Origin: Alphaproteobacteria bacterium
GTDB lineage: Bacteria; Pseudomonadota; Alphaproteobacteria; CAAHEQ01; UBA3637
Direction of reading: 5' to 3'
Assembly (NCBI GenBank): GCA_045655105.1
Contig: JAZOOQ010000006.1
Span: 408-64,407, forward strand
Length of the DNA: 64,000 nucleotides
A model generated the notes under the pieces. It saw only the letters and a list, made by a program, of their open reading frames with translations. It had not been told where the DNA came from and ran no database searches. Made by a program: the position numbers and the translations under genes. This document shows, in pieces, positions 9,522 to 18,508 of the stretch. Position 1 is the stretch's first letter, and each line of letters opens with the position of its first letter.

Positions 9522-9707
9522 ATGACAGATGCAGAAATCTTGAAAGCAAATGAAAATGAACGTCAATCTGTTGAATGTTGGACACGCGTAATGGGTTATT
9601 TCCGTCCATACAGTCATTTCAATAAAGGCAAAAAATCTGAATTTGAAGAAAGACAATGGTTTATTGAAGAAAAAGCTTGTTGTTCATGTGAAATTAAAGC
9701 AGCTTAG
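9522..9707 (+). CDS. Stand-alone NrdD-type glycyl-radical domain protein (61 aa)
   Basis: TRVMGYFRPYSHFNKGKKSEFEERQWF matches the C-terminal glycyl-radical signature of class III ribonucleotide reductases (R-[IV]-x-G-Y ... N-x-G-K-x-x-E-x-x-x-R). It has its own RBS and terminator. Confidence 0.6.
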   Translation: MTDAEILKANENERQSVECWTRVMGYFRPYSHFNKGKKSEFEERQWFIEEKACCSCEIKAA

Positions 9708-9723
9708 AAGTTCTCTCTTGATG

Positions 9724-9752
9724 AAAATGCCCTTTTAAAGGGCATTTTTTTA
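9724..9752 (+). terminator. Rho-independent terminator
   Basis: AAATGCCCTT / AAGGGCATTT hairpin followed by a T-run. Confidence 0.8.
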
Positions 9753-9801
9753 TTGTGAAAAATATAACTTTTTTATATCTTAAAATAAAGGAGTTTTGAT
9801 C

Positions 9802-10566
9802 ATGATTAGAATTATTGTATTTTTATTTTTAATATTATTAACCCCTCTTACTTCATTTGCCAATTATTCTGAAGCAGATTTAAGAGCCAAAAATGTTCCA
9901 GAACGTTATGAAAAAAGATTAGAGGATTTGGTGAAATATCTGATTGAGCCATACAAAAAAAATGATGAATTAAAAGCAAGAGTTATTTTCGCATGGATAG
10001 GATATCATGTTGAATATGATATGTTTAAATATGATGTGATTAGTGAAAAGAAAAAAGGGGCGCGTTATACAAAAAGAAAAATGCGAACTGGAGATGCCTT
10101 TAAAACAAGAGTTGGTGTTTGTGGTGATATTGCGGATTTATATGAACGCATGGCAAGACTTGCTGGTTTAGAAGTGGAATATATTACTGGATATGCTGGA
10201 AATAATTTAACAATGGATGATTTAGAAGATTCTGGGCATGCTTGGAATGCGGTTAAAATTAATAAAAAATGGCATTTCGTTGATGCAACATGGGGAATGA
10301 GTGGTGATTATACAGCATTTAACAATGTTGATTCATTGGCAGAACATAGAAAAGAAATTAGAAAAAGACGCAGAGGGGATGTTGATGTAAATGCAAACAG
10401 ATCATTGAATAGTGAGTGGTTTTTGGTATCTCCAGAAAAAATGATTAAAACGCATTTTCCTAAAAGAGATAAACATCAACATTTAAATCGTTCGGTTGAT
10501 ATGAAAAAAGTTTTTAGAGAAAATAAAAGACGTATGGAAAAAGAAAAAAGAGGTAACAAAAGATGA
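9802..10566 (+). CDS. Secreted transglutaminase-like cysteine protease-fold protein
   Basis: Signal peptide; Cys-His-Asp core (GVCGDIADLY, GHAWNAV, FVDATWG); basic C-terminal tail. ATG 9802 sits 8 nt after AAGGAG; the track starts at a TTG at 9796. Confidence 0.75.
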   Translation: MIRIIVFLFLILLTPLTSFANYSEADLRAKNVPERYEKRLEDLVKYLIEPYKKNDELKARVIFAWIGYHVEYDMFKYDVISEKKKGARYTKRKMRTGDAFKTRVGVCGDIADLYERMARLAGLEVEYITGYAGNNLTMDDLEDSGHAWNAVKINKKWHFVDATWGMSGDYTAFNNVDSLAEHRKEIRKRRRGDVDVNANRSLNSEWFLVSPEKMIKTHFPKRDKHQHLNRSVDMKKVFRENKRRMEKEKRGNKR

Positions 10567-11630
10567 TTTATTCTCAATCGGTTTTAACAATTGATTTAAA
10601 TGCATTAAAAGAAAATTATTTGTTTTTGAAAAAAACAGCCCCTAAAAGTATTTCTGCTGCGGTTGTTAAAAATAATGCATATGGGTTAGGGATTGAACGA
10701 GTTGTTCCTGCGTTGATGGATGTTGGGTGTAATGATTTTTTTGTTGCATTGGCATGTGAAGGTGAACGCGTTCGTAAAATGGCGCCTAACGCAAATATTT
10801 ATGTGTTACAAGGTATTGGAGACGATTCGTTAAATTTATTTCAAACCCAAAAATTAATACCAGTTATTTCAACACCAAATATGTTACATTTTTGGATGAA
10901 AAACAAAATTGAAGGAATTAAACCCATTTTAAACATTGAAACGGGTCTTAATCGTTTAGGGTTTAGAAAAAAAGATATTCTTAATTTAACTGAAGAAGAA
11001 AAAAAAGAATTTTCATTTCTTTTATCTCATCTTTCTTGCGCAGATGAACCGTATCATTTTATGAATAAACATCAAATTGAAAAATTTAATGAGATAAAAA
11101 AATTATTTCCAAATTTAAGATCAACTTTATCTGCTTCTGATGGTGTTTTTTTAGGAGAAAATTTTCAAAAAGATATGGTTCGTTTAGGAGCTGCTATGTA
11201 TGGGTTAAATACAGCTCCTGATAGGCAAAATAAAATGAAACCAGTTGTTTATTTAAAAGCGCCTGTTCTTCAGATCGTTGATGTGTCAGATGGAGAATAT
11301 GTTGGATATGGGGCTGCATATAAAGCTAAAAAGAAAATGAAAGTTGGTATAGTTTCTATTGGTTATGCAGATGGTCTTCCCCGCTCATTGATGGGAAGAG
11401 GGCGTGTGTTTTTTAATGGGCAGGAAATAAGACTTATTGGAAGATTATCTATGGATAATTTAATGTGTGATGTCACAGATGTAAAAGGTCTAGAAGAAGG
11501 ATTATTTGTTGATGTTTTAAATGAGCATTACACTGCGGATGATATGGGTTCTGATGCCGGAACAATTGGATATGAAATTTTGAATGGTATCTGTAAATCA
11601 GGACGAGTTCAAATAATTGAAAAAAAATAA
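10563..11630 (+). CDS. alr: Alanine racemase
   Basis: PLP-lysine motif AVVKNNAYGLG, later GYADGLPR and SMDNLMCDV. The ATGA overlap couples it to the upstream gene. Confidence 0.9.
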   Translation: MIYSQSVLTIDLNALKENYLFLKKTAPKSISAAVVKNNAYGLGIERVVPALMDVGCNDFFVALACEGERVRKMAPNANIYVLQGIGDDSLNLFQTQKLIPVISTPNMLHFWMKNKIEGIKPILNIETGLNRLGFRKKDILNLTEEEKKEFSFLLSHLSCADEPYHFMNKHQIEKFNEIKKLFPNLRSTLSASDGVFLGENFQKDMVRLGAAMYGLNTAPDRQNKMKPVVYLKAPVLQIVDVSDGEYVGYGAAYKAKKKMKVGIVSIGYADGLPRSLMGRGRVFFNGQEIRLIGRLSMDNLMCDVTDVKGLEEGLFVDVLNEHYTADDMGSDAGTIGYEILNGICKSGRVQIIEKK

Positions 11631-11631
11631 A

Positions 11632-11666
11632 TTAAACGGCACTTTTCAGTGCCGTTTAAAGTTTTT
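11632..11666. terminator. Bidirectional terminator between alr and the recombinase gene
   Basis: TTAAACGGCAC / GTGCCGTTTAA hairpin with flanking A and T runs. Confidence 0.8.
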
Positions 11667-12273
11667 AATATCCAGCATTTCTTAAATAATTATATACTGT
11701 TTTTGAACTAACGCCTAAACGTTTAGCAATTTTTGTTTTTGCTAATCCTTGTTGATAAAGATGAATAAGTTCTTTTTCTTTTCCATCAAGGATATGTGTT
11801 TTATTTTTAGATCCTTTTTTTCGACCTAATTTTTTTCCAACAGATTTTAACCGGGATAAAGCTTCTTTAGTTCGTTGACTAATCAAGTTTCTTTCAATTT
11901 CTGCTGAAAGCGAAAAAGCAAAAGCTAATACTTTACTTTGAATGTCGGATCCTAAACGATAATTATCTTTAATGGTCCATACTTTAATATTTCTTTGCAT
12001 GCAATAATTTAAAATAGTCATAACCTGAAAAAGGTTTCTTCCTAATCTTGAAATTTCGCTACAAATTAAAATATCTCCAGATTTTAATTTCTTAATGTAT
12101 TTTCCAAGTTTTCGATATTCAACATCTTTTGTTCCGCTAACTGTTTCAGTTATCCAAACAGAAACGAGAAGTTTTTCTTTTTTTGTAAATTCAATAATTT
12201 CAAATTCTTGATTTTCGAGAGTTTGTTTGTCTGTACTGACACGAATATACGCATAAATCACATGAATCTCCAT
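11665..12273 (-). CDS. Small serine recombinase (resolvase/invertase family), copy 1
   Basis: Catalytic motif YIRVSTDKQ, GDILICSEISRLGRN, SAEIERNLISQRTK, C-terminal HTH (KTKIAKRLGVSSKTVYNYL). Start trimmed to ATG 12273. Confidence 0.9.
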   Translation of the reverse strand: MEIHVIYAYIRVSTDKQTLENQEFEIIEFTKKEKLLVSVWITETVSGTKDVEYRKLGKYIKKLKSGDILICSEISRLGRNLFQVMTILNYCMQRNIKVWTIKDNYRLGSDIQSKVLAFAFSLSAEIERNLISQRTKEALSRLKSVGKKLGRKKGSKNKTHILDGKEKELIHLYQQGLAKTKIAKRLGVSSKTVYNYLRNAGY

Positions 12274-12295
12274 TTCTAAAAATGCCCAAAAAATC

Positions 12296-12311
12296 CTAAA
12301 CATATGTTTAG
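12296..12311. promoter_or_regulatory. 16-bp perfect palindrome upstream of recombinase copy 1
   Basis: CTAAACATATGTTTAG, centred on a TA/AT dinucleotide, 23 nt upstream of the recombinase ATG. Confidence 0.45.
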
Positions 12312-12393
12312 AGACAAAATAAAAGTATGCAAAATTTTTTAATTTTACATACCCTTATTATATGCATAATTTGTTATGAAATGAAGGAAGATT

Positions 12394-13350
12394 TTATTTA
12401 GAAGCAATTAATGCATTTCCGCAAGTGATTCGATCGCTATCTTCTTCTCTACTTGGAACAAAAACAATCACATCCCAACCTTTTTTAAGAAGGGGTTGTT
12501 CAAATTCTCTATAAACATCATAATCATCATAGCTTGTTGTTACATCAAATCCATTTTGAATGGCGGAATTTGTTTCATGAATAGGTGTGATTTTCACAAT
12601 AAACATTTTTGGATCAAAAAGTTCTGTTAAGCGATCTGCATCTAAAATTGTTTCTTTTGTAACAGCAAAGTTAAGCGTATATTTTCTTCCAACTGGTTGA
12701 GGTAATTCCTTTGCTAATGCAGAAATTTCTTCTAAACTTAAACTATTTGAATTAAATTGAGCATCTCTTTGTGCATTATCTGTTGAATTAATTGAAAATT
12801 GAAGACCTGCCTCGCCATTGTAATCAATATTTTTAATGTTGCACCAATCTAAAATAAATTGTTTTAACTTTTTATTTTTTTTAGGAAGCATTGTTGAAAC
12901 AACGGGATGAATTGTTTTTACTGAGATATATTTGTTTGTTAAATTTCTTAAATTATTTTTTGCAAACTCCAAAACATTTTCATTGAATGTTGGTTCTCCC
13001 ATTCTTGCGAAATGAACATTAAATCTATCTGTATAATTGATGGTTTCATTTTTTAAAATAGTTTCAATTTCATATGAAAGTTCATCAACGGTGGCATTTC
13101 CAAAAAAACCATATTTAGGGCAATCGCAAAACTGACATTTCATTGGACATCCTTTTTGAGTACTGATTGTTGCGACCCATTTTTTTGTTAAATCAACATC
13201 TTTGTGTTTAACTCCATTAATTTCGGTGTGCAATCCCAAAAAGTCTGCTTTAATATTATTTTCTTTCCCATAATCGCCAACAGTTAAAAATTCTAAACGG
13301 CGATCTTTATCAACATAAATTTTTCCGGTATGTGTATGAATGATTTCCAT
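12394..13350 (-). CDS. Radical SAM protein with RlmN/Cfr-like layout
   Basis: ISTQKGCPMKCQFCDC (CX3CX2C), ARMGEPTFN, LQFSINS, VKITPIHETN, C-terminal DSDRITCGNAL. These are collinear with the RlmN blocks SSQVGCxxxCxFC, MGMGEP, SLH, LIPWNP and DIDAACGQL. ATG 13350 is preceded by GGAGG. Confidence 0.8.
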   Translation of the reverse strand: MEIIHTHTGKIYVDKDRRLEFLTVGDYGKENNIKADFLGLHTEINGVKHKDVDLTKKWVATISTQKGCPMKCQFCDCPKYGFFGNATVDELSYEIETILKNETINYTDRFNVHFARMGEPTFNENVLEFAKNNLRNLTNKYISVKTIHPVVSTMLPKKNKKLKQFILDWCNIKNIDYNGEAGLQFSINSTDNAQRDAQFNSNSLSLEEISALAKELPQPVGRKYTLNFAVTKETILDADRLTELFDPKMFIVKITPIHETNSAIQNGFDVTTSYDDYDVYREFEQPLLKKGWDVIVFVPSREEDSDRITCGNALIASK

Positions 13351-13409
13351 AATTTTCCTCCATTTGATAGTCGTTTGTTTTGTGATTATAGCATAAAAAA
13401 GCAATTTAT

Positions 13410-13964
13410 TCACGTTTTTAATTTAAAAAGTCCAAAAAGTGTTTCATTATCTTTATCATCTTCAATGTTTTCATCAATTAAAAAAAGATTGTAAAATTCG
13501 CCAGCACCTCTTTTACAAATAACAGCATAGTTTTCCGGATATATACCTGTGGATAACTTTTTTGCTGAAATCGCAGTGTCTTCAGATTCAATTTCTTTAA
13601 TTGAGGGAAAATTTTTTCTTCTATATTCTTTTGTTTGATTTAATGCTTGAATATGAGAAGCGATAAAACCAATTTTTGAATTTTTATTTTTTTTGAATAA
13701 GGAATGATGGATTGGAAGATAAAGTGAATCTATAAGTTCAATGTTTTCTGTGAGTGCGTCTGTTGTTTCTTTAACAACTCCAGCAATTTTATTTTGAATT
13801 GCTAAAACTCCATAATCTATTTTTTTATTTATAAGGGCTGAGACAACATTTTGTGATGTGATGAGAGGAATAAATTGATTAGTTTTCAATCCATGTGTTT
13901 TTGCAAATTGAATAGCTGCTTCTTCTGAATTTGAAAATAAATCACCTTGAAACCCGATTTTCAT
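13410..13964 (-). CDS. Stand-alone prephenate dehydratase (PDT)-domain protein without ACT domain
   Basis: MKIGFQGDLFSNSEEAA matches the PDT N-terminus (kiayqGxxGsfSeeAa). About 184 aa, ending NETLFGLFKL where PDTs have NxTRF. RBS AAGGAG before ATG 13964. The longer track ORF (to 14315) overlaps the perM promoter and start and looks spurious. Confidence 0.7.
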   Translation of the reverse strand: MKIGFQGDLFSNSEEAAIQFAKTHGLKTNQFIPLITSQNVVSALINKKIDYGVLAIQNKIAGVVKETTDALTENIELIDSLYLPIHHSLFKKNKNSKIGFIASHIQALNQTKEYRRKNFPSIKEIESEDTAISAKKLSTGIYPENYAVICKRGAGEFYNLFLIDENIEDDKDNETLFGLFKLKT

Positions 13965-13995
13965 TTTTTGCTCCTTTATTGTTATTAATAATTTG

Positions 13996-14024
13996 TTATT
14001 AACATAAAGATAAAAAGTTGTCAA
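13996..14024 (-). promoter_or_regulatory. Sigma70-like promoter candidate for the PDT-like/radical SAM operon
   Basis: Minus strand TTGACA (14024-14019), 17-nt spacer, TAATAA (14001-13996). Confidence 0.3.
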
Positions 14025-14147
14025 GTTGTTTTTTAAGTGTTTTATTAAAACAATTTGTTTAAGAGTAAAACATCTTGACATTTTTAAAGAAATACTTCCA
14101 TATTGAAAAAAGAATATGATATTTTTTATCAGTAAAGGATTATTTTT

Positions 14148-15179
14148 ATGTTTAGTATTTCTGAATTTATTAAAGTGAATAGAGTTTATTTTATTTGGGC
14201 TGTTTTTTTGAGCACACTTTATTTGTTTAGAAGTATGTTTGGCCTTGTTTTCATGACCTTTATTATGTGTTTTATTTTTGCAAGTATTGGGCATAAAATT
14301 CGGCGTAAATATCATTGGAATAGAAGAATTATTGTTGTTTCTTTATATTTACTCTTTTTGCTTTTTGAAATTTTATTTGTTGCGGTTGTTCCCAGCAAGT
14401 TAATAAATGAAACAATTAGTTTTACTGAGCAATTACCAAAAACAATTTATTTCTTTAAAAATTGGATTGATACGCATACGCAAGACAATGAAATTCTTTC
14501 TATGATTGTTGATCAACTTTCAATGAATATTTCGCCGGATAAAGCATTAATGAGAGCTTGGAGTATGTCTTTATCATTTTTGCATGTTGGGATACATTAT
14601 ATCGGTTGGTTTTTCTTAGCAATGTTATTTAGTTTTCTGATTCTTTTAGATTTGCCAACTTTATCTTTAGGTATTAGAAAATTGCGTGATACAAAATTGG
14701 CAGAAACATATAAAGAAATTGCAGGAAGCGTTGTTTTATTTGCTAAAGTTGTTGGTGAAAATTTTAGAGCCCAATTAATTATTTCTGCGATTAATACTTG
14801 TTTAACAGCGATTGGTCTTTATGCCCTTGGAATAAATGCAATTGCTCTTTTATGCACAATTGTTTTTATTTGTGGATTAATTCCAGTTTTAGGTATGATT
14901 ATTTCATCTGTTCCAATTCTTTTAATGGCGGTAAATAGTGGAGGGATGATGTTGGGCTTGTGGGCTTTTATGATGATTGTTTTTATTCATATTTTAGAAG
15001 CATATGTATTAAATCCAAGAATAGTATCTTCCGTGATGCATATTAACCCTGTTATGACTCTTATTATTCTTTATATTGCACATAGTTTTTTAGGGATTTG
15101 GGGTATGCTTTTAGGTGTTCCAATCGCGGTTTATTTCTATCGTAAAATTAATGTGTTACCAATAAAGAATGCGGAGTGA
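14148..15179 (+). CDS. AI-2E family (PerM/YhhT-like) membrane transporter
   Basis: 343 aa, about 8 hydrophobic helices, with the family-typical long central loop and C-terminal helices (GLIPVLGMIISSVPILL). Confidence 0.7.
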   Translation: MFSISEFIKVNRVYFIWAVFLSTLYLFRSMFGLVFMTFIMCFIFASIGHKIRRKYHWNRRIIVVSLYLLFLLFEILFVAVVPSKLINETISFTEQLPKTIYFFKNWIDTHTQDNEILSMIVDQLSMNISPDKALMRAWSMSLSFLHVGIHYIGWFFLAMLFSFLILLDLPTLSLGIRKLRDTKLAETYKEIAGSVVLFAKVVGENFRAQLIISAINTCLTAIGLYALGINAIALLCTIVFICGLIPVLGMIISSVPILLMAVNSGGMMLGLWAFMMIVFIHILEAYVLNPRIVSSVMHINPVMTLIILYIAHSFLGIWGMLLGVPIAVYFYRKINVLPIKNAE

Positions 15180-15184
15180 AAATT

Positions 15185-15216
15185 AAAAAAAAGCGCTTAA
15201 AAGCGCTTTTTTATTT
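15185..15216. terminator. Bidirectional terminator (AAGCGCTT hairpin)
   Basis: AAAAGCGCTTAAAAGCGCTTTTTT between the transporter gene and the restriction-modification (RM) gene region. Confidence 0.75.
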
Positions 15217-15217
15217 T

Positions 15218-15274
15218 TGGCGATCCCACTGCGATAAATCTCGAACTTTTCCTTGTGCGTCAGACTATTACCAA
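15218..15274 (-). repeat. Short copy (B) of the RNA-like element found at 18509-18646
   Basis: Shares three ordered blocks with element A: TTGG(C/T)GATCCCA, TCGAACT and TCAGACTATT. It lacks the GC-rich core of A. Confidence 0.6.
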
Positions 15275-15320
15275 GCCACAATGGAACGATATGAAGAAAT
15301 ACGCATGTTCAATAAAAAAT

Positions 15321-18287
15321 TTAATCTGGTTTAATGCAATAACCTGTATAATACTCTGGCTTGTCTTTCAAAAATTCAGGTAATCCTGGTGAAAGTAATT
15401 TTATACCTTTTTCCTCTAATTCTGCACATTTGAGATTAAGATTATATAGCATTTCTAATATATCATCTGACCACAATGATTTTGGAACTCCAAATTTATA
15501 GCACTCTAAAACAGCCGCATTTAATTTATCTTGTAAATTTTTTAAATGGTTTTCGCCATGTTTTTCCATTGTCTGGTAAATATCTCTTAAAGATATTTTA
15601 CAAGTTCTACGAATTTCGTCACGTTTCAAGTAAAACTCTCTTGCACAAGTTACAACATTATCCACCAATTTTGTTATTTCTGCTTTATTTTCCTCTTTAT
15701 ATTTCTCAATATTCTTTGCAAAAGGTATTCCGAACTGAGGCCATACAAAACTATTATATGTAGTTGTGTTTGTGTATCTAGGATCTCCTTTTAGTGTAGA
15801 ACATCTTGCGGTAAACCATTTCCAATGAAAATAACTTGATAATATTCCAAAAGAGTAATCATCCTCAAATGTAAACACCATAAGTGCTGCATTAGGATGA
15901 ATTTTAGATGATACAAATTCAAATATTGGTCTTTTGGTTACTTGCCCACAAGCTATATACTTTCTAGAGACATTTATCTTATCCATAAGTGGTTTTCTAT
16001 CTCTCAAATATGTCCACCATTTATTATAATGATTGATTCTATCATATTTTTTTATATTATTTTCTTTATTTTTTTCTCTCTGTTCATCAGCAAGTTCTTT
16101 TACTTTAGGTAAAACTTTTTTTTCTATTATTTTAAACAATCTATCATATTTTTGAATTGCAAAAATATCAAGATTATTAAAATCTATAGCATATCTCCTA
16201 TACTTTGATTCTTTAGTTCCTAACAAATCATCTGCGATTAAATATGGAAACAAAACATCTTTATAGGATTCTTCTTTTTGTATAATAGATTCAGCTTCAT
16301 CCTTTGACAACAAAAAACCCTCTTGCCCGTGGATTTGGCCCTGAAAACAAGTTTTGTTATTTGTTTTTTCATTGTCATTAGTTTTTTTTAGGTCTTTTGC
16401 TTTTGATACATCAAAAATCGGTTTTAAAGAAGATGTAATACTCGCTGGATTGTACTCTGTAAAGGTTGCATTCTTCTTTTCCTCATTAGGAACAAGTAAT
16501 CTTGTTCGTTTGATTGGCTTTTTAGGCTCTTTTTGCCAATTTACAATAGATACATACACCGCAGCAGCTCCGCTCCATACTTGAGAAGATATAGCATCAA
16601 AAATTACCCCACCATGCTCTACAATATAATCTAACCCTCCAATTCTTGAATAATTTTGTGTTATGGTATTTGTTCCCACAAGTCCTGCTCGTCCATCTTT
16701 TTTCAATGTATCATGAGCTTTTCTAAACCACCATACACAATAATCTGCTCTTCCTGGAATTTCAGGATACGCAGCTCTTACTTGTGCTGTATAATCTATA
16801 CCCAGTTCCTTGTTCATATCATTATATGTAATATATGGAGGATTGCTTATTATTACGTCAGTTTCTTCCCAATCGTTAAATAATGCATCCTTGCAAACAA
16901 TATTATTATCCATATTATCGAAAGGTAGCGGATTATCAAAGGCTAAAGTCAATGATTTATCATTTCTACTCAAAAATTCATTAAAATCATCAGCCCCATA
17001 TTTTTTAGCAATAGACATCGTTACCTTTGCTATTTCAACTGCAAATTCATTTATATCCATACCAAAAAAATTTTTACTATTGATACCTGATACGAAAGTT
17101 TTTTTCAGTTTTTGAGAAGAAAACTTATCTAATATGGCTTGAAACACTTCTATTTCTAAATGTTTTAATTCTCTATAAGCTATATATAAAAAATTACCAC
17201 TACCACAAGCAGGATCCAAAACCTTAAAATTAGACAATTTTTTCAATATATTCTCATAATCTTTTTGTGTTTTTGCCTTTTCTATTTCTTCTCTGAAAGG
17301 TCTTAAAATAGTTGGTTCAACTATTCTCATAATGTCAGCTTCGGAAGTAAAGTGTGCGCCATATGCGTGACGAAGTCCTTTTTCCATGCTGTCTTCAAAA
17401 ATTGCACCTAAAATATATGGTTGGACCTTAGACCAATCCTTATCAGAAGCTTCTTTTAATGCTTGTAATTCCTCTCTATTCAATTCTATTGGATTTATTT
17501 CCTTAAATAAACCGCCATTAAAATATGAAATATTCTTAAATCTGCCACCAATTCGTTTTTGCGGATTATTCATAGATTGAAACAATTCATTAAATAAATC
17601 ATAAGATGAAGCCTTTTCTGACAAGCAATCTTCAATTATCTCCTTAAAAAAATCAGATTTAGGAAACAAATTTACATCTTCTGCAAAGAGTGCAATCAAA
17701 CATTGTAAAACAAACCTTTGAATTTGCGTCTTTTCTAGCTGTATTTCATTTTTCCGTTTAACCAAGCTATTGTATACAAAAACTAATTTATCTGCAACTT
17801 CTCTTGTAACTTCCTCTAGATCATTTCTAAATTTTGGTTTTTGTTCTTCTTTTAGGAGAAAATTAAAAGCTTCCCATCTTTGACTATCGGAAGCGAGTTC
17901 TTGTATTGAAATTTTATCAAGGGCTTCTTTTTGTATGTTCCAATTATAAATCCAGATTTCATCAAAATTAGATAGCATAATGTATGTTGGGCGTTTTGAA
18001 TACAACTCATCCCAATATTGTTTTGCTTGTCGCCAGTGATTTTCAAGATTCTCCCCACCACTCTTCATTTCAACAAGCACTTTTCCTTCTATCAGCATAT
18101 CAGAAAACTTCGTGGTTTTATCTATTTTAATTTGGTCTTCAAAATGTCCATTAGCATCATCAACATCCTTATAACCGAAAACTCGCCATAATTTGTTCAA
18201 AAAAGTCTGTCCTTCGCCTTTTTCATACTTTTTTGCTCGTTTTACGAAGTCAATAAAATCTTTAATCGCCTCTTTATCGAAATTCAT
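15321..18287 (-). CDS. MmeI-like type IIL/IIG restriction-modification enzyme (fused endonuclease, N6-adenine methyltransferase and target-recognition domain)
   Basis: N-terminal PD-ExK region like MmeI (DMLIEGKVLVEMKS ... YIMLSNFDEIWIY), SAM motif DPACGSGNFL, catalytic NPPY (IISNPPYITYN), long C-terminal target-recognition region. ATG 18287 follows AGAGGG. Confidence 0.85.
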   Translation of the reverse strand: MNFDKEAIKDFIDFVKRAKKYEKGEGQTFLNKLWRVFGYKDVDDANGHFEDQIKIDKTTKFSDMLIEGKVLVEMKSGGENLENHWRQAKQYWDELYSKRPTYIMLSNFDEIWIYNWNIQKEALDKISIQELASDSQRWEAFNFLLKEEQKPKFRNDLEEVTREVADKLVFVYNSLVKRKNEIQLEKTQIQRFVLQCLIALFAEDVNLFPKSDFFKEIIEDCLSEKASSYDLFNELFQSMNNPQKRIGGRFKNISYFNGGLFKEINPIELNREELQALKEASDKDWSKVQPYILGAIFEDSMEKGLRHAYGAHFTSEADIMRIVEPTILRPFREEIEKAKTQKDYENILKKLSNFKVLDPACGSGNFLYIAYRELKHLEIEVFQAILDKFSSQKLKKTFVSGINSKNFFGMDINEFAVEIAKVTMSIAKKYGADDFNEFLSRNDKSLTLAFDNPLPFDNMDNNIVCKDALFNDWEETDVIISNPPYITYNDMNKELGIDYTAQVRAAYPEIPGRADYCVWWFRKAHDTLKKDGRAGLVGTNTITQNYSRIGGLDYIVEHGGVIFDAISSQVWSGAAAVYVSIVNWQKEPKKPIKRTRLLVPNEEKKNATFTEYNPASITSSLKPIFDVSKAKDLKKTNDNEKTNNKTCFQGQIHGQEGFLLSKDEAESIIQKEESYKDVLFPYLIADDLLGTKESKYRRYAIDFNNLDIFAIQKYDRLFKIIEKKVLPKVKELADEQREKNKENNIKKYDRINHYNKWWTYLRDRKPLMDKINVSRKYIACGQVTKRPIFEFVSSKIHPNAALMVFTFEDDYSFGILSSYFHWKWFTARCSTLKGDPRYTNTTTYNSFVWPQFGIPFAKNIEKYKEENKAEITKLVDNVVTCAREFYLKRDEIRRTCKISLRDIYQTMEKHGENHLKNLQDKLNAAVLECYKFGVPKSLWSDDILEMLYNLNLKCAELEEKGIKLLSPGLPEFLKDKPEYYTGYCIKPD

Positions 18288-18474
18288 GGTATAACCCTCT
18301 GTAAGTTGATGATTACAAGCTCTTAATATTACCTTATACAGATAATTAATAATCAAGTCAAACATTTGATATTAAAAATACAGCATTTAAATTTTACTCT
18401 CGAACTTGCAAATTAAGGATAAGCATATCTCGTATAACCTTAGAAAACCCTTTGATTGATAGATTCTTTAAACG

Positions 18475-18501
18475 AAAAAACACCCCCGAAAACCGAGGGT
18501 G
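18475..18501 (-). terminator. Rho-independent terminator immediately after element A
   Basis: Minus strand CACCCTCGG-TTTT-CGGGGGTG followed by TTTTTT. Confidence 0.75.
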
Positions 18502-18508
18502 TTGCGAT

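Noticed and set aside
12394-13350. The radical SAM protein as the NrdG-type activase for the mini-NrdD at 9522
   Set aside because: Glycyl-radical activases carry the CX3CX2C cluster near the extreme N-terminus and are smaller. This protein is collinear with RlmN/Cfr, lies on the other strand 2.7 kb away, and is separated from the mini-NrdD by unrelated genes.
13965-14315. N-terminal 117-aa extension of the PDT-like ORF (track 13410..14315)
   Set aside because: The extension is Lys/Asn-rich junk that overlaps the perM start and promoter on the other strand. A strong AAGGAG-ATG at 13964 coincides with the canonical PDT N-terminus.
15321-18365. The full 1,014-aa RM ORF including the first 26 codons
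   Set aside because: The upstream extension (MFDLIINYLYKVILRACNHQLTEGYT) lacks an RBS. ATG 18287 follows AGAGGG and matches the MmeI-family N-terminus, so the shorter start was used.
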